Both the position numbers and the translations under genes were made by a program. From Pedomonas sp. (GTDB lineage: Bacteria > Pseudomonadota > Alphaproteobacteria > Sphingomonadales > Sphingomonadaceae), in assembly GCF_036515995.1 (NCBI RefSeq), contig NZ_DATBUP010000010.1, positions 9,455 to 73,454 of the forward strand: a DNA stretch of 64,000 nucleotides, written 5' to 3'. The notes under the pieces were generated by a model, which was given only the letters and a program-made list of their open reading frames with translations, was not told the origin of the DNA and did no database searches. Positions 19,330 through 28,137 of this stretch are shown here, one piece after another; positions within the stretch are counted from its first letter, which is position 1; the number at the start of each line of letters is the position of its first letter.

Positions 19330-22300
19330 GTGGGACTAAATAGCTCCATGAGGAACATCGAAGCCTCTCTTGCCGCCATCCGCGGCCGTATGCCGGGCCT
19401 GTATCGCGCTCCCGAGGCAGACGTGCTGGCGGGTCTCGTACCGCAGGCAACTCCCTTGCCTGAGGAGCAGCGCGCTATTCTGGAAACGGGGCGCAAGCTC
19501 ATCGGCCATGTGCGGGAGCACGGCCATGGCGGCCTGATCGACAGCTTTCTGCAGCAATACCGGTTGAACACCGCCGAAGGGCTGGCGCTGATGACGCTGG
19601 CCGAGAGCTACCTGCGCGTGCCGGACGTGCTGACCGCAGACGCCCTCATTCGCGACAAGATGACGTCGGCCCGGTGGGAAGCTTACAAGGGCCAGTCGGA
19701 CTCCGCTCTGGTCAATGCCGCCACGCTCGGCCTCGTGCTGACCAAGGCGCTGGTGAAAAACGACGAAACCGCAGGCGCCCTCAAGAAGCTGATCACCCGC
19801 ATGGGCGAGCCGTTCATCCGCACGGGCGTGGCCGCGGCCATGCGCGTGATGGGCGAGCAGTTCGTACTCGGACGCACCATCGGCGAGGCGCTGGCCCGCG
19901 CGCGCAGCGGCAAGAACCGCCTGTACCGCTACTCTTTTGACATGCTGGGCGAGGCCGCCCGCACGGCGGAAGATGCGGAGCGCTACTTCCAGGCCTATGC
20001 GGACGCCATTGCGGCAGTGGGCCGCGACGCTGCCTCCGTGCAGAACTTCTGGGACCGCAACACCGTCTCGGTGAAGCTGTCTGCGCTGCATCCCCGCTAT
20101 GAGGTGGCGCAGGCCGACCGCTGCGTACCCGAGCTGATCGAGCGCATGGTGCGCCTCTCCGTCATGGCGCGGGAGGCCGGCATCGGCCTGACCGTGGACG
20201 CCGAGGAAGCAGACCGGCTGGTAATGTCGCTGGATATCATCGAGGCCATTGCCCGCGCGCCTGAGCTGAAGGGGTGGGACGGGCTCGGCATGGCCGTGCA
20301 GGCCTACCAGAAGCGCGCCCTTGCCGTAATTGACTGGGTGGATGCCCTCGCCGCCGACACCGGTATCAAGATCACTGTGCGTCTGGTGAAGGGTGCTTAC
20401 TGGGACGCCGAGATCAAGCGCGCGCAGGAGCAGGGGCTGGAAGGCTATCCGGTCTATACCCGCAAGGTGGCGACGGACGTGAGCTACCTCGCCTGCGCCC
20501 GGGCCATGCTTCAGAAGAAACACCTCTATCCGGCGTTCGCCAGCCACAACGCTCACACGGTTGCCGCCATCCTCACCTGGGCGGGAGACCGGCGCGACTT
20601 CGAGCTCCAGCGCCTGCATGGCATGGGCAACGGCATGCACGATCCGCTGGTCGAGGCCGGTGATTACAACTGCCGCGTCTATGCGCCCGTCGGCGGTCAT
20701 AGCGACCTGCTCGCCTATCTGGTCCGCCGCCTGCTCGAGAACGGGGCCAACTCCAGCTTCGTGCATCAGCTGGCGGACTCCTCGGTCGCGGCGGATGACC
20801 TGCTGCGTGACCCGGCCTCCACGCTGGCTGGTCTTGATTGCACGCCGCACCCGGCCATTGCGCTGCCGCTTGATATCTACGGCGCCGAGCGCCGCAATTC
20901 AGAGGGAATCGACATGTCCGAAGAGGGCATCACCAACGCTTTGCTTGAGGAAATGCAGCAGGTCTGGGCGCGCACGCACACCGCCGCGCCGCTGATCAAC
21001 GGCGCGCTGGTGGCGGGTGAGGCCCGTCCGGTGCTGGACCCCTCCAACCGCAACCGTCAGGTCGGCACCGTGGTCGAGGCCAGCGCAGCGGACGTCTCCC
21101 GCGCCATCGGCATTGCCCACGCCGCCTTCCGCTCGTGGAACGGCGCGGACGTTGAAACCCGCGCGGCCGCCCTTGAAAAGCTGGGCGACCTTTTGGAGCG
21201 TGACCGCGCCGCGCTGATGGCCCTTGCCGTGCGCGAGGCGGGCAAGAGCATTCCCGATGCGCTGGCCGAAGTGCGCGAGGCGGTGGATTTCTGCCGCTAC
21301 TATGCCGTTCAGGCCCGCAAGCTGTTCCAGGACATGCCGCTGCCCGGCCCCACGGGTGAGAGCAACACCCTCCGCCTCACCGGCCGGGGCGTGTTCGCCT
21401 GCATCGCGCCGTGGAACTTCCCGCTGGCCATCTTCCTAGGCCAGATCACGGCCGCGCTGGCAGCGGGCAATGCCGTCGTCGCCAAGCCCGCGCCGCAAAC
21501 GCCGCTCATTGCCGCGCATGCCGCCCGCCTCATTCTGGAGGCAGGCGTGCCGGCAGACGCATTTCACCTGCTGCCCGGCGGCCCGGACGTGGGTGCTGCG
21601 CTCACCAGCGATCCGCGCGTGATGGGTGTTGCCTTCACCGGTTCCACCGGCACCGCCAAGCGCATTGCCCGCTCGCTGCTGGCGGACGACAACCGCCCCA
21701 TCGTGCCGCTGATTGCCGAGACCGGCGGCCTCAACGCCATGATCGTCGACTCCACCGCCCTGCCGGAGCAGGTGGTGCGTGATCTCATCATCTCCGCTTT
21801 CCAGAGCGCGGGCCAGCGCTGTTCGGCGGCGCGCCTGCTCTGCGTGCAGGAAGACGTCGCCCCCCGCATCCTCGAGATGCTGGAAGGCGCGATGAGGGAG
21901 CTGCGGCTGGGCGATCCGGGCGATCTGTCCACCGACGTCGGCCCGGTCATCGACGAGGCGGCGCGCACGAAGATCCAGAACCATCTGGAGCGCAACGCCA
22001 GCCGCATCCTCTATCGCCTGCCGGTGCCCGAGGCGCTGGCGAACGGCAACTTCGTCGGCCCCGCCCTCGTGCGGCTGGAGCAGCCGGAAGACCTCAAGGA
22101 AGAGATCTTCGGCCCCGTGCTGCACGTTGCCACCTGGAAGGCGGGCGAGCTGCCGCAGCTGGTCGAGCGCATCAACGCCTCGGGCTACGGCCTCACCATG
22201 GGCCTGCACAGCCGCCTCGGCGAAGCTGCGCAGACCGTTGCCGCCACGGCTCATGTGGGCAACCTCTACGTAAACCGCTCGATGATCGGCGCAGTCGTCG

Positions 22301-22464
22301 GCGTGCAGCCGTTCGGCGGCGAGGGCTTGTCGGGCACCGGCCCGAAGGCGGGCGGCCCGCACTACCTGCTGCGGTTTGCAGCGGAGCGCACCGTCTCCAT
22401 CGACACCACCTCAGCCGGCGGCAACACCTCGCTGCTGGCGCTGGAGAACGACCTGGCCAGCTGA
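19330..22464 (+). CDS. putA: Bifunctional proline dehydrogenase / L-glutamate gamma-semialdehyde dehydrogenase PutA
   Basis: 1044 aa. The PRODH barrel region is followed by ALDH blocks (FTGSTGTAKRI, ETGGLNAMIVD, GQRCSA). The start could instead be ATG 19348. Confidence 0.95.
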   Translation: MGLNSSMRNIEASLAAIRGRMPGLYRAPEADVLAGLVPQATPLPEEQRAILETGRKLIGHVREHGHGGLIDSFLQQYRLNTAEGLALMTLAESYLRVPDVLTADALIRDKMTSARWEAYKGQSDSALVNAATLGLVLTKALVKNDETAGALKKLITRMGEPFIRTGVAAAMRVMGEQFVLGRTIGEALARARSGKNRLYRYSFDMLGEAARTAEDAERYFQAYADAIAAVGRDAASVQNFWDRNTVSVKLSALHPRYEVAQADRCVPELIERMVRLSVMAREAGIGLTVDAEEADRLVMSLDIIEAIARAPELKGWDGLGMAVQAYQKRALAVIDWVDALAADTGIKITVRLVKGAYWDAEIKRAQEQGLEGYPVYTRKVATDVSYLACARAMLQKKHLYPAFASHNAHTVAAILTWAGDRRDFELQRLHGMGNGMHDPLVEAGDYNCRVYAPVGGHSDLLAYLVRRLLENGANSSFVHQLADSSVAADDLLRDPASTLAGLDCTPHPAIALPLDIYGAERRNSEGIDMSEEGITNALLEEMQQVWARTHTAAPLINGALVAGEARPVLDPSNRNRQVGTVVEASAADVSRAIGIAHAAFRSWNGADVETRAAALEKLGDLLERDRAALMALAVREAGKSIPDALAEVREAVDFCRYYAVQARKLFQDMPLPGPTGESNTLRLTGRGVFACIAPWNFPLAIFLGQITAALAAGNAVVAKPAPQTPLIAAHAARLILEAGVPADAFHLLPGGPDVGAALTSDPRVMGVAFTGSTGTAKRIARSLLADDNRPIVPLIAETGGLNAMIVDSTALPEQVVRDLIISAFQSAGQRCSAARLLCVQEDVAPRILEMLEGAMRELRLGDPGDLSTDVGPVIDEAARTKIQNHLERNASRILYRLPVPEALANGNFVGPALVRLEQPEDLKEEIFGPVLHVATWKAGELPQLVERINASGYGLTMGLHSRLGEAAQTVAATAHVGNLYVNRSMIGAVVGVQPFGGEGLSGTGPKAGGPHYLLRFAAERTVSIDTTSAGGNTSLLALENDLAS

Positions 22465-22482
22465 CGACCGGGTTGTGACGAA

Positions 22483-22522
22483 GGGCGCGGGAAGGCGTAT
22501 ACTCTTCCCGCGCCCTTTTTTT
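22483..22522 (+). terminator. Rho-independent terminator after putA
   Basis: 12-bp perfect stem GGGCGCGGGAAG/CTTCCCGCGCCC, 9-nt loop, then 7 T. Confidence 0.88.
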
Positions 22523-22615
22523 GTGCCGGAAGGTCAGCCGGACAGGAGCGGGAAACCGCAGCCGGGCGGATCGTTCAGCCCAGAGGCACGCGGTAACTTC
22601 AGATGGTGGCTTGGC

Positions 22616-23470
22616 ATGACGGCAGACAGCGGCAACGGAGTGAAACCGGGCATTGATACCCCCGATGCCCGCCGCGCCCTTCTGGATGCGCTGGTGGATC
22701 CGGTGCGCCGCGCGGCAGATGCCATCGAAGACGTGCGCAAGGGCGGCATCACTGCCCGCGAAAAAGCCGACAAGTCCCCCGTCACCGCCGCAGACGAAGC
22801 CGCCGAGCAGATCATCGAGGCGGCGCTGCGGGAGCTGACGCCCGACATTCCGATTGTTGGCGAGGAAGCCTTCTCCGCCGGCACAGCGCCCGAGGATATC
22901 GGCGGCACCTTCTGGCTCATCGACCCGGTGGACGGCACCAAGGAGTTCGTGCGCGGCGGCAAGGATTACACCGTCAACGTCGGGCTGATCGTGAATTACG
23001 AGGCGGTGCTGGGCGTGCTCATGTCCCCGCGCGAGGGCACGCTCTGGGCCGGTGCCGAAGGTGTCGGCGCGTTCCGGTTGGACCACAACGGGCGGCGGGA
23101 AGCTATCTCCGCCCGGAGCCTCGCCAACCGCCCGCTCATCGTGCTCGCCAGCTACCGCCACCGCGACACCCAGACCAAACGCTATCTGGAAGCCCTGCCC
23201 AACGCCAAGGTCACCGGGCGCGGCAGCAGCATCAAGTTCGCCATGCTCGCCGAGGGCAACGCCGACCTCTATCCCCGCTGGTACGCTTGTTCCGAGTGGG
23301 ACACCGCCGCCGGCCACGGCTTGCTTGTGGGCGCAGGCGGGCAGGTGTTCGACGCCAAGACCGGCGAACCCCTGCGCTACGCCAAGCCCGGCTTCGAGAA
23401 CATCCCCTTCATCGCCGTGGGAGACGCGGACGCGGCAACGGCGCGCAAATTGATGCCATGGCAGCGGTGA
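22616..23470 (+). CDS. cysQ: 3'(2'),5'-bisphosphate nucleotidase CysQ (inositol monophosphatase family)
   Basis: Trimmed to MTADSGNG. Contains KSPVTAADEAAE and WLIDPVDGTKEF motifs. The 80-codon N-terminal extension in the track overlaps the putA terminator. Confidence 0.85.
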   Translation: MTADSGNGVKPGIDTPDARRALLDALVDPVRRAADAIEDVRKGGITAREKADKSPVTAADEAAEQIIEAALRELTPDIPIVGEEAFSAGTAPEDIGGTFWLIDPVDGTKEFVRGGKDYTVNVGLIVNYEAVLGVLMSPREGTLWAGAEGVGAFRLDHNGRREAISARSLANRPLIVLASYRHRDTQTKRYLEALPNAKVTGRGSSIKFAMLAEGNADLYPRWYACSEWDTAAGHGLLVGAGGQVFDAKTGEPLRYAKPGFENIPFIAVGDADAATARKLMPWQR

Positions 23471-23501
23471 GGCTGGGCTTAAGCCTTACGGCTTTTTGAT
23501 C

Positions 23502-23523
23502 GCAGGGGGTTTTAACCCCCTGC
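23502..23523. repeat. REP-like GC hairpin, copy 2, between convergent genes
   Basis: GCAGGGGGTT-TT-AACCCCCTGC followed by ACCCCCTG, a near-duplicate of the 3' arm. Confidence 0.45.
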
Positions 23524-23571
23524 ACCCCCTGTCATTACGGGGGCGTGGAGTTGCCAATCTCCGCAAGAGAA

Positions 23572-24033
23572 TCAATCTGTTACCAATCCCATCACCCCAC
23601 CGTGGGCTTTGATGGTTTTCATGCCGATGGTGGTGGAGAAGCGTTTGACGCCGGGCAGCATGCACAGCTCCTGGCGTAACAGCTGGTCAAGGTCGGGCAT
23701 GGTGCGGGCGCGCACTTCCAGCACATAGTCCGCATCGCCCGCCGTGGCGTAGCAGGCGAGAACGGACGGGTGCCGCTTTACGGCAGCCTCGAAGGCGTCA
23801 TGCCGCTCGAACGCCACTTCCACCTGCACGAAAGCGTGGATCTCCAGCCCCACCGCCTGCGGGCTGATGAGTGCGCGGTAGCCTTCGATCACGCCCGCGG
23901 CCTCCAACGCCTGCACCCGCTTCCACGCCGGCGTCTTGCTGAGGCCTACCGTCTCTCCCAACTGGGCGAAGGACTGGCGGGCATCTCGCTCCAGTTCGGT
24001 GAGCAAGGCGCGGTCAATGCGGTCCAGCGGCAC
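23572..24033 (-). CDS. Lrp/AsnC family transcriptional regulator, divergent from the TDO-like gene
   Basis: 153 aa. HTH block LDRIDRALLTELERDARQSFAQLGETVGLSKTPAWKRVQALEAAGVI plus an AsnC-type C-terminal domain. Confidence 0.85.
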   Translation of the reverse strand: MPLDRIDRALLTELERDARQSFAQLGETVGLSKTPAWKRVQALEAAGVIEGYRALISPQAVGLEIHAFVQVEVAFERHDAFEAAVKRHPSVLACYATAGDADYVLEVRARTMPDLDQLLRQELCMLPGVKRFSTTIGMKTIKAHGGVMGLVTD

Positions 24034-24059
24034 TAACGTTCTCCATATAGGAATTCAGG

Positions 24060-24115
24060 AAGAACAATGTCCTGCAAAATCTGCCTCTGCACAACCGATT
24101 GGGAACAATGTTTCC
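24060..24115. promoter_or_regulatory. Pair of GAACAATGT-centred imperfect palindromes (candidate Lrp-type operators)
   Basis: GAACAATGT occurs at 24062-24070 and 24103-24111, 41 bp apart. The second copy sits in the 15-bp near-palindrome GGGAACAATGTTTCC. Both lie in the divergent Lrp/TDO-like promoter region. Confidence 0.25.
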
Positions 24116-24167
24116 GCCCGGCGCGACTAGAATGGAGGCTTCGAACCACAGGGAGGGGAGGCCCGTC

Positions 24168-24968
24168 ATGGATCGCGAACAATTCTACGCGCTGATGCAG
24201 AGCGACGAGACGCTGGATTACGAGGCCTATCTCAACTGCCGCCAATTGCTCAGCTGTCAGAAGCCGTTCGACCAGCTCTCCAACCGCGACGAGCTTCAGT
24301 TCCAGATCGTCCATCAGGTCGAGGAGCTGTGGATGAAGCTGGCCGCCTTCACCCTGCTGGAGATCGACGAGCAGATGGCCCAGCGCCAGACCTTCCGGGT
24401 GCTGACCCTCTTCGAGCGGGTAAACCGCGTGCTGCGGTTGATGACCACCCAGCTGGAATTGCTGGAGACCATGAGCCCCAAGGATTACCAGCAGATCCGC
24501 CTGCAACTGGGCAATGGCAGCGGGCAGGAATCTCCGGGCTTCCGGGTGCTGCTGCGCATGCCGACGTATCTGTGGCGCACCTTCAAGGCCCACTACCTTG
24601 AGCCACAGGGCCGCACGGTCGAGAGCATTTACGACAGCGAGTACGCGCACGATGAAGCCTACGCGGTGGCGGAAGCGCTGGTGGAATTCGACGAGCGCTT
24701 CCAGAAGTTCCGCGCGGATCACATCCTATTGATTCATCGCTCCATAGGCATGGGCTCCGCCTCGCTCAAGGGCCGCCCGGTCGAACTGCTGGAAGCCGGC
24801 GCGCGCCACCAGTTCTTCCCCGAGCTCTGGGCAATCCGCTCGCAAATGACCGATCGCTGGGGCGCTGCCTACGGCCGCGTACGCGAGAGCATTGCCGGAC
24901 ATCATGCTGAGAGCGCATTGGCTGGCGCCCCTGCCGCCGGCTGTCCACTCAACCATAGGGCGTCCTGA
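24168..24968 (+). CDS. Tryptophan 2,3-dioxygenase-like protein (divergent member)
   Basis: Trimmed to MDREQFYAL, with GGGAGGGGAGG RBS. TDO-type block DYEAYLNCRQLLSCQKP...RDELQFQIVHQVEELWMKL and C-terminal HILLIHRSIG. Confidence 0.7.
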   Translation: MDREQFYALMQSDETLDYEAYLNCRQLLSCQKPFDQLSNRDELQFQIVHQVEELWMKLAAFTLLEIDEQMAQRQTFRVLTLFERVNRVLRLMTTQLELLETMSPKDYQQIRLQLGNGSGQESPGFRVLLRMPTYLWRTFKAHYLEPQGRTVESIYDSEYAHDEAYAVAEALVEFDERFQKFRADHILLIHRSIGMGSASLKGRPVELLEAGARHQFFPELWAIRSQMTDRWGAAYGRVRESIAGHHAESALAGAPAAGCPLNHRAS

Positions 24969-25003
24969 TCGTTGTCTTCCTGTATTTTATAGGGAGACAT
25001 CAT

Positions 25004-25516
25004 ATGGATGCTGTACATGATACCGAGCTGGCGACGGTAGAGTCGGTCGATCTGAAGCGCTACCTCGGCACCTGGTATGAGGTCGCCCGCCTGCCGTTTC
25101 GCCATGAAGACCGGGGCGCACGGAATGTGACGGCGCAATATTCCTTGAACGAGGACGGCACCATCCGTGTCATCAATCGTAACATCAATGAACAGGGTGA
25201 GGCGGAAGAAGCGGTGGGCGAGGCCAAGCCGGTCGATGCCACCAACTCCAAGCTGAAGGTGAGCTTCCTGCCCGAAGGGTTGCGCTGGGTGCCGTTCGCC
25301 AAGGGCGATTACTGGATTCTCCGGCTGGACCCGGACTACACCACCTCCCTCGTCGGCACGCCGGATCGGAAGTATCTCTGGCTGCTCTCCCGCACGCCGG
25401 TCATGCAGGAAGAGAAGCGCAACGACTGGCTGGAATTTGCGCGCTCGAAAGGCTTCGACATCTCGAAGATCATCATCACGCCCCAAACGGAAGAGGAATT
25501 TCCGTCTGCGAAGTAG
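25004..25516 (+). CDS. blc: Bacterial lipocalin (Blc family) without signal peptide or lipobox
   Basis: 170 aa. Lipocalin signature VDLKRYLGTWYEVARLP and YLWLLSRTP. AGGGAGA RBS lies 6 nt upstream. The gene starts 35 nt after the TDO-like gene. Confidence 0.85.
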   Translation: MDAVHDTELATVESVDLKRYLGTWYEVARLPFRHEDRGARNVTAQYSLNEDGTIRVINRNINEQGEAEEAVGEAKPVDATNSKLKVSFLPEGLRWVPFAKGDYWILRLDPDYTTSLVGTPDRKYLWLLSRTPVMQEEKRNDWLEFARSKGFDISKIIITPQTEEEFPSAK

Positions 25517-25631
25517 GCGCGGTTTTCCCGCCGAGGTTTCTGAATAAGTCGTTAAATATCAATGTATTAAAATGTATATTAGACTATCGCATGCTTTGAG
25601 AGCCGAAACGACAGTCCTATTATTCGGTGGT

Positions 25632-25653
25632 CGGCGGGGAATTGTCCCCGCCG
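25632..25653. other. Perfect 8-bp GC hairpin in AT-rich spacer
   Basis: CGGCGGGG-AATTGT-CCCCGCCG, followed on the plus strand by ATTTCAC. It may be a weak blc terminator or the 5' structure of the small ORF at 25677. Confidence 0.4.
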
Positions 25654-25850
25654 ATTTCACCGAAAGGAACAGAGACATGCTTGTCTCCATCCTGTTCGAG
25701 TGGATGAAGATCAGACTGAGCGTCTGGTTCTACTTCTAGCTCGAACGCTCGGGGGTAAGGGCAGCAACCCTCCCCCGAGTTTCGGTAGAATACGAAACTG
25801 TTGTGATTTTCGCAACGCGGCCCAAGGTCGTATATCACTCCAAGGGAAAA

Positions 25851-27524
25851 CTACCGCCGCTGCGTGCGCCAGCGCTGCACCGCGTCTTCAATCAGTGGCA
25901 GGCCGCGGCTGCCGGTGGTCCAGCTTGCGGAGAACACCGGATCATCCGATGCTGGGCAATGTTCCGGCGCAAGCGAGGCGATGCGCACGCGCATGGGCAC
26001 GGCCGCGCCTTCGCCGCAGACGATGCACTCGCGGTTGCGCAGGGACGGGATGGCGTCCAAGAACCCCCGCGCCCCTTCGGACATGGCGGAGCGCACGAAC
26101 AGCTGGTCACGCTCGTTATTGAGGCGCATCGAGATGATGGTGCCGCACTGGGACAGCACGGCCTCAGAGAGGTCCGACGGCCGCTGGGAGATCAGCCCGA
26201 GCGCCACGCCGTACTTGCGGCCCTCCTTGGCGATACGCTCCAAATTCTTGCGTGCCGAGCCGAAGATGTCCAGCCGCTCGGCGGGCACGTAGCGGTGCGC
26301 TTCCTCGCAGACGAGCAGGATCGGCCGCCGCTCCTGCTGGGGCGTCCACACCGCGAAGTCGAAAACGAGGCGGGAGATCAGCGCCACCACCACGTTGGTG
26401 ATGTCTGACGGCACCCCGGAGAGGTCGATGATGGAGACGGGCCGCCCGTCAGCGGGCATGCGCAGCAACTCGGAGATCAGCGTCGCCAGCGTGTCGTTGA
26501 TCTGAAGGCCGGAGAACATGAAGCTGTAGCGCGGGTCTGCCTTTAGTTCCTCCAGCTTGGTCTTCAGGCGCAGGTAGGGTGTGATCTTCTCCGGCTTGTC
26601 CAGCTTGCCCATCTGGGCGGAGAGGGCGGAGAGCAACTCGGCTAGCGTGTAGGGCACGGGCGTATCCACCGTGATGCGGTTGCCCGCGCCCGCCAGCCGC
26701 GACTTCTGCCGCGCCGCCAGCAGGCAGCGCTGGAGAATGTCAACGTCCGGCTCGCGCTCGGGCGAGCGCTGGCCGACCAGCACTTCCACATGCTCCTCGA
26801 AATTCATCAGCCAGTAGGGCAGGTGGAGATTGGAGACGTCGTAAACCTGCCCCACGTCCGCAAAGGCTGCGGCGTATTCGCCGTGGGGGTCCAGCATCAG
26901 CACATGCCCCTGAGGCGCCTGTTCGATGATCCCCCGCAGCAGCAGAGCAGCGGTAGTGGACTTGCCGGTGCCGGTGGAGCCGAGCAGGGCGAAATGGCGG
27001 GAGAGCAGCGGGTCGATGAACAGCGCGGCGCTCACATGCTCGGTCGGGTACACCGAGCCGATGGCCACATGCGCCCGGTCGCGTGCCGCATAAATCTCCT
27101 CCAGATCGGCAGAGGTGACGGAATAGAGAGTGTTGCCCGGCGCGGGGTGATGCGTAATGCCCCGCCGGAAATCGCCGAGGCCCGCCGCCCCCCCTTGCAC
27201 CCAACCTTCGCCCAGGAAGTCGAGCGCCGCCACCGGTGCACTGGTCTCGCCCGCCAGTTCCACCGCCTTCACGTTGGCTACCACCCAGCGGCCGCGCACC
27301 AACGTTTTCACCGGCACGCCCACCTGCCCCGCAGTTTGCAGGGTGATGTCGTCGCTGGCGGCGAGGCGGGCGAGCGCGCTGGGGTCCAGCGTCGCCGTCG
27401 CCGCGTCGCCCGAGACGCTGAGGATGCGCCCGAGCACGGTCTGCGCTTCAGCCGAAGGGGCGAGACCGTTGGCGTGGATCGTGTCGGCATCGTGCAGCAT
27501 GGCGCAAAAAATCCCGAAATTCAT
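25851..27524 (-). CDS. HerA-like / DUF87 (COG0433) P-loop ATPase
   Basis: 557 aa. Walker A LLGSTGTGKSTT, Walker B-like PILLVCEEAHRYVP, and QRPSDLSEAVLSQCGTIISMRL. The N-terminal barrel-like region is typical of HerA. There is no obvious RBS, so the start is uncertain (27524 or 27500). Confidence 0.8.
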   Translation of the reverse strand: MNFGIFCAMLHDADTIHANGLAPSAEAQTVLGRILSVSGDAATATLDPSALARLAASDDITLQTAGQVGVPVKTLVRGRWVVANVKAVELAGETSAPVAALDFLGEGWVQGGAAGLGDFRRGITHHPAPGNTLYSVTSADLEEIYAARDRAHVAIGSVYPTEHVSAALFIDPLLSRHFALLGSTGTGKSTTAALLLRGIIEQAPQGHVLMLDPHGEYAAAFADVGQVYDVSNLHLPYWLMNFEEHVEVLVGQRSPEREPDVDILQRCLLAARQKSRLAGAGNRITVDTPVPYTLAELLSALSAQMGKLDKPEKITPYLRLKTKLEELKADPRYSFMFSGLQINDTLATLISELLRMPADGRPVSIIDLSGVPSDITNVVVALISRLVFDFAVWTPQQERRPILLVCEEAHRYVPAERLDIFGSARKNLERIAKEGRKYGVALGLISQRPSDLSEAVLSQCGTIISMRLNNERDQLFVRSAMSEGARGFLDAIPSLRNRECIVCGEGAAVPMRVRIASLAPEHCPASDDPVFSASWTTGSRGLPLIEDAVQRWRTQRR

Positions 27525-27674
27525 TGTGATAGGAGATTAGGCCAGTCTTGCTTCTGGGCAGTTAACTGTTCGTAACCTTGATGCTGATGTCGGTTAATAT
27601 TTAAATGTTAAAATCCATTGCTGGCCTGCCAAGCCATTGCTATCAAGTAATAAATAAAGTCAGGGAGATTAATC

Positions 27675-27989
27675 TTGAGCACAATCATTAATAAGGTGCA
27701 TTGCCGGTCGTGCGGCGCGGTCATCGCAGCCGAAGCGCGGGCATGCCCACAGTGTGGCGGTGTTCAGGCGGCAACAGGCGGCGTCGGGCAGAAGAACCGG
27801 ATTGCGGCGATTGTTCTTGCGCTGCTTCTTGGCGGGTTTGGCGCTCACAAGTTTTATCTGGGCAAGCCGATCCAGGGTATTCTGTGCGTTTTGTTCTTCT
27901 GGACCTTCATTCCAGCACTCATCGCATTTGTTGAGGTGATTATCTACGCTTTCACCTCTGATCAGGACTTTGCTGCCAAATATGGCTGA
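27675..27989 (+). CDS. Zinc-ribbon + TM2 domain membrane protein
   Basis: 104 aa, TTG start with GGGAG RBS. CxxC...CxxC (CRSCG...CPQCG), then TM2 block LLGGFGAHKFYLGK. G+C is visibly lower than in the neighbouring genes. Confidence 0.8.
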   Translation: MSTIINKVHCRSCGAVIAAEARACPQCGGVQAATGGVGQKNRIAAIVLALLLGGFGAHKFYLGKPIQGILCVLFFWTFIPALIAFVEVIIYAFTSDQDFAAKYG

Positions 27990-28137
27990 GATCACGCCTT
28001 CTTGCTTGCAGGAAGAGCTTGTTCCTTCTGGATAGTTTCAGGGCCCATTGAAAGCAAATGGGGGATTGCCAAGGGGGTCTTTGATCCCATTGGCTAATGT
28101 CGAAGGCAAACAGGCCGCTGCCGTAAAAAATCCGGTC

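Noticed and set aside
25620-25838. 72-codon minus-strand ORF immediately downstream of the HerA-like gene as its partner protein
   Set aside because: It has a GTG start whose only SD-like GGAG overlaps the start. Third-position composition is mixed and unlike host genes, and there is no recognisable domain. It is kept only as context in the findings, not called as a feature.
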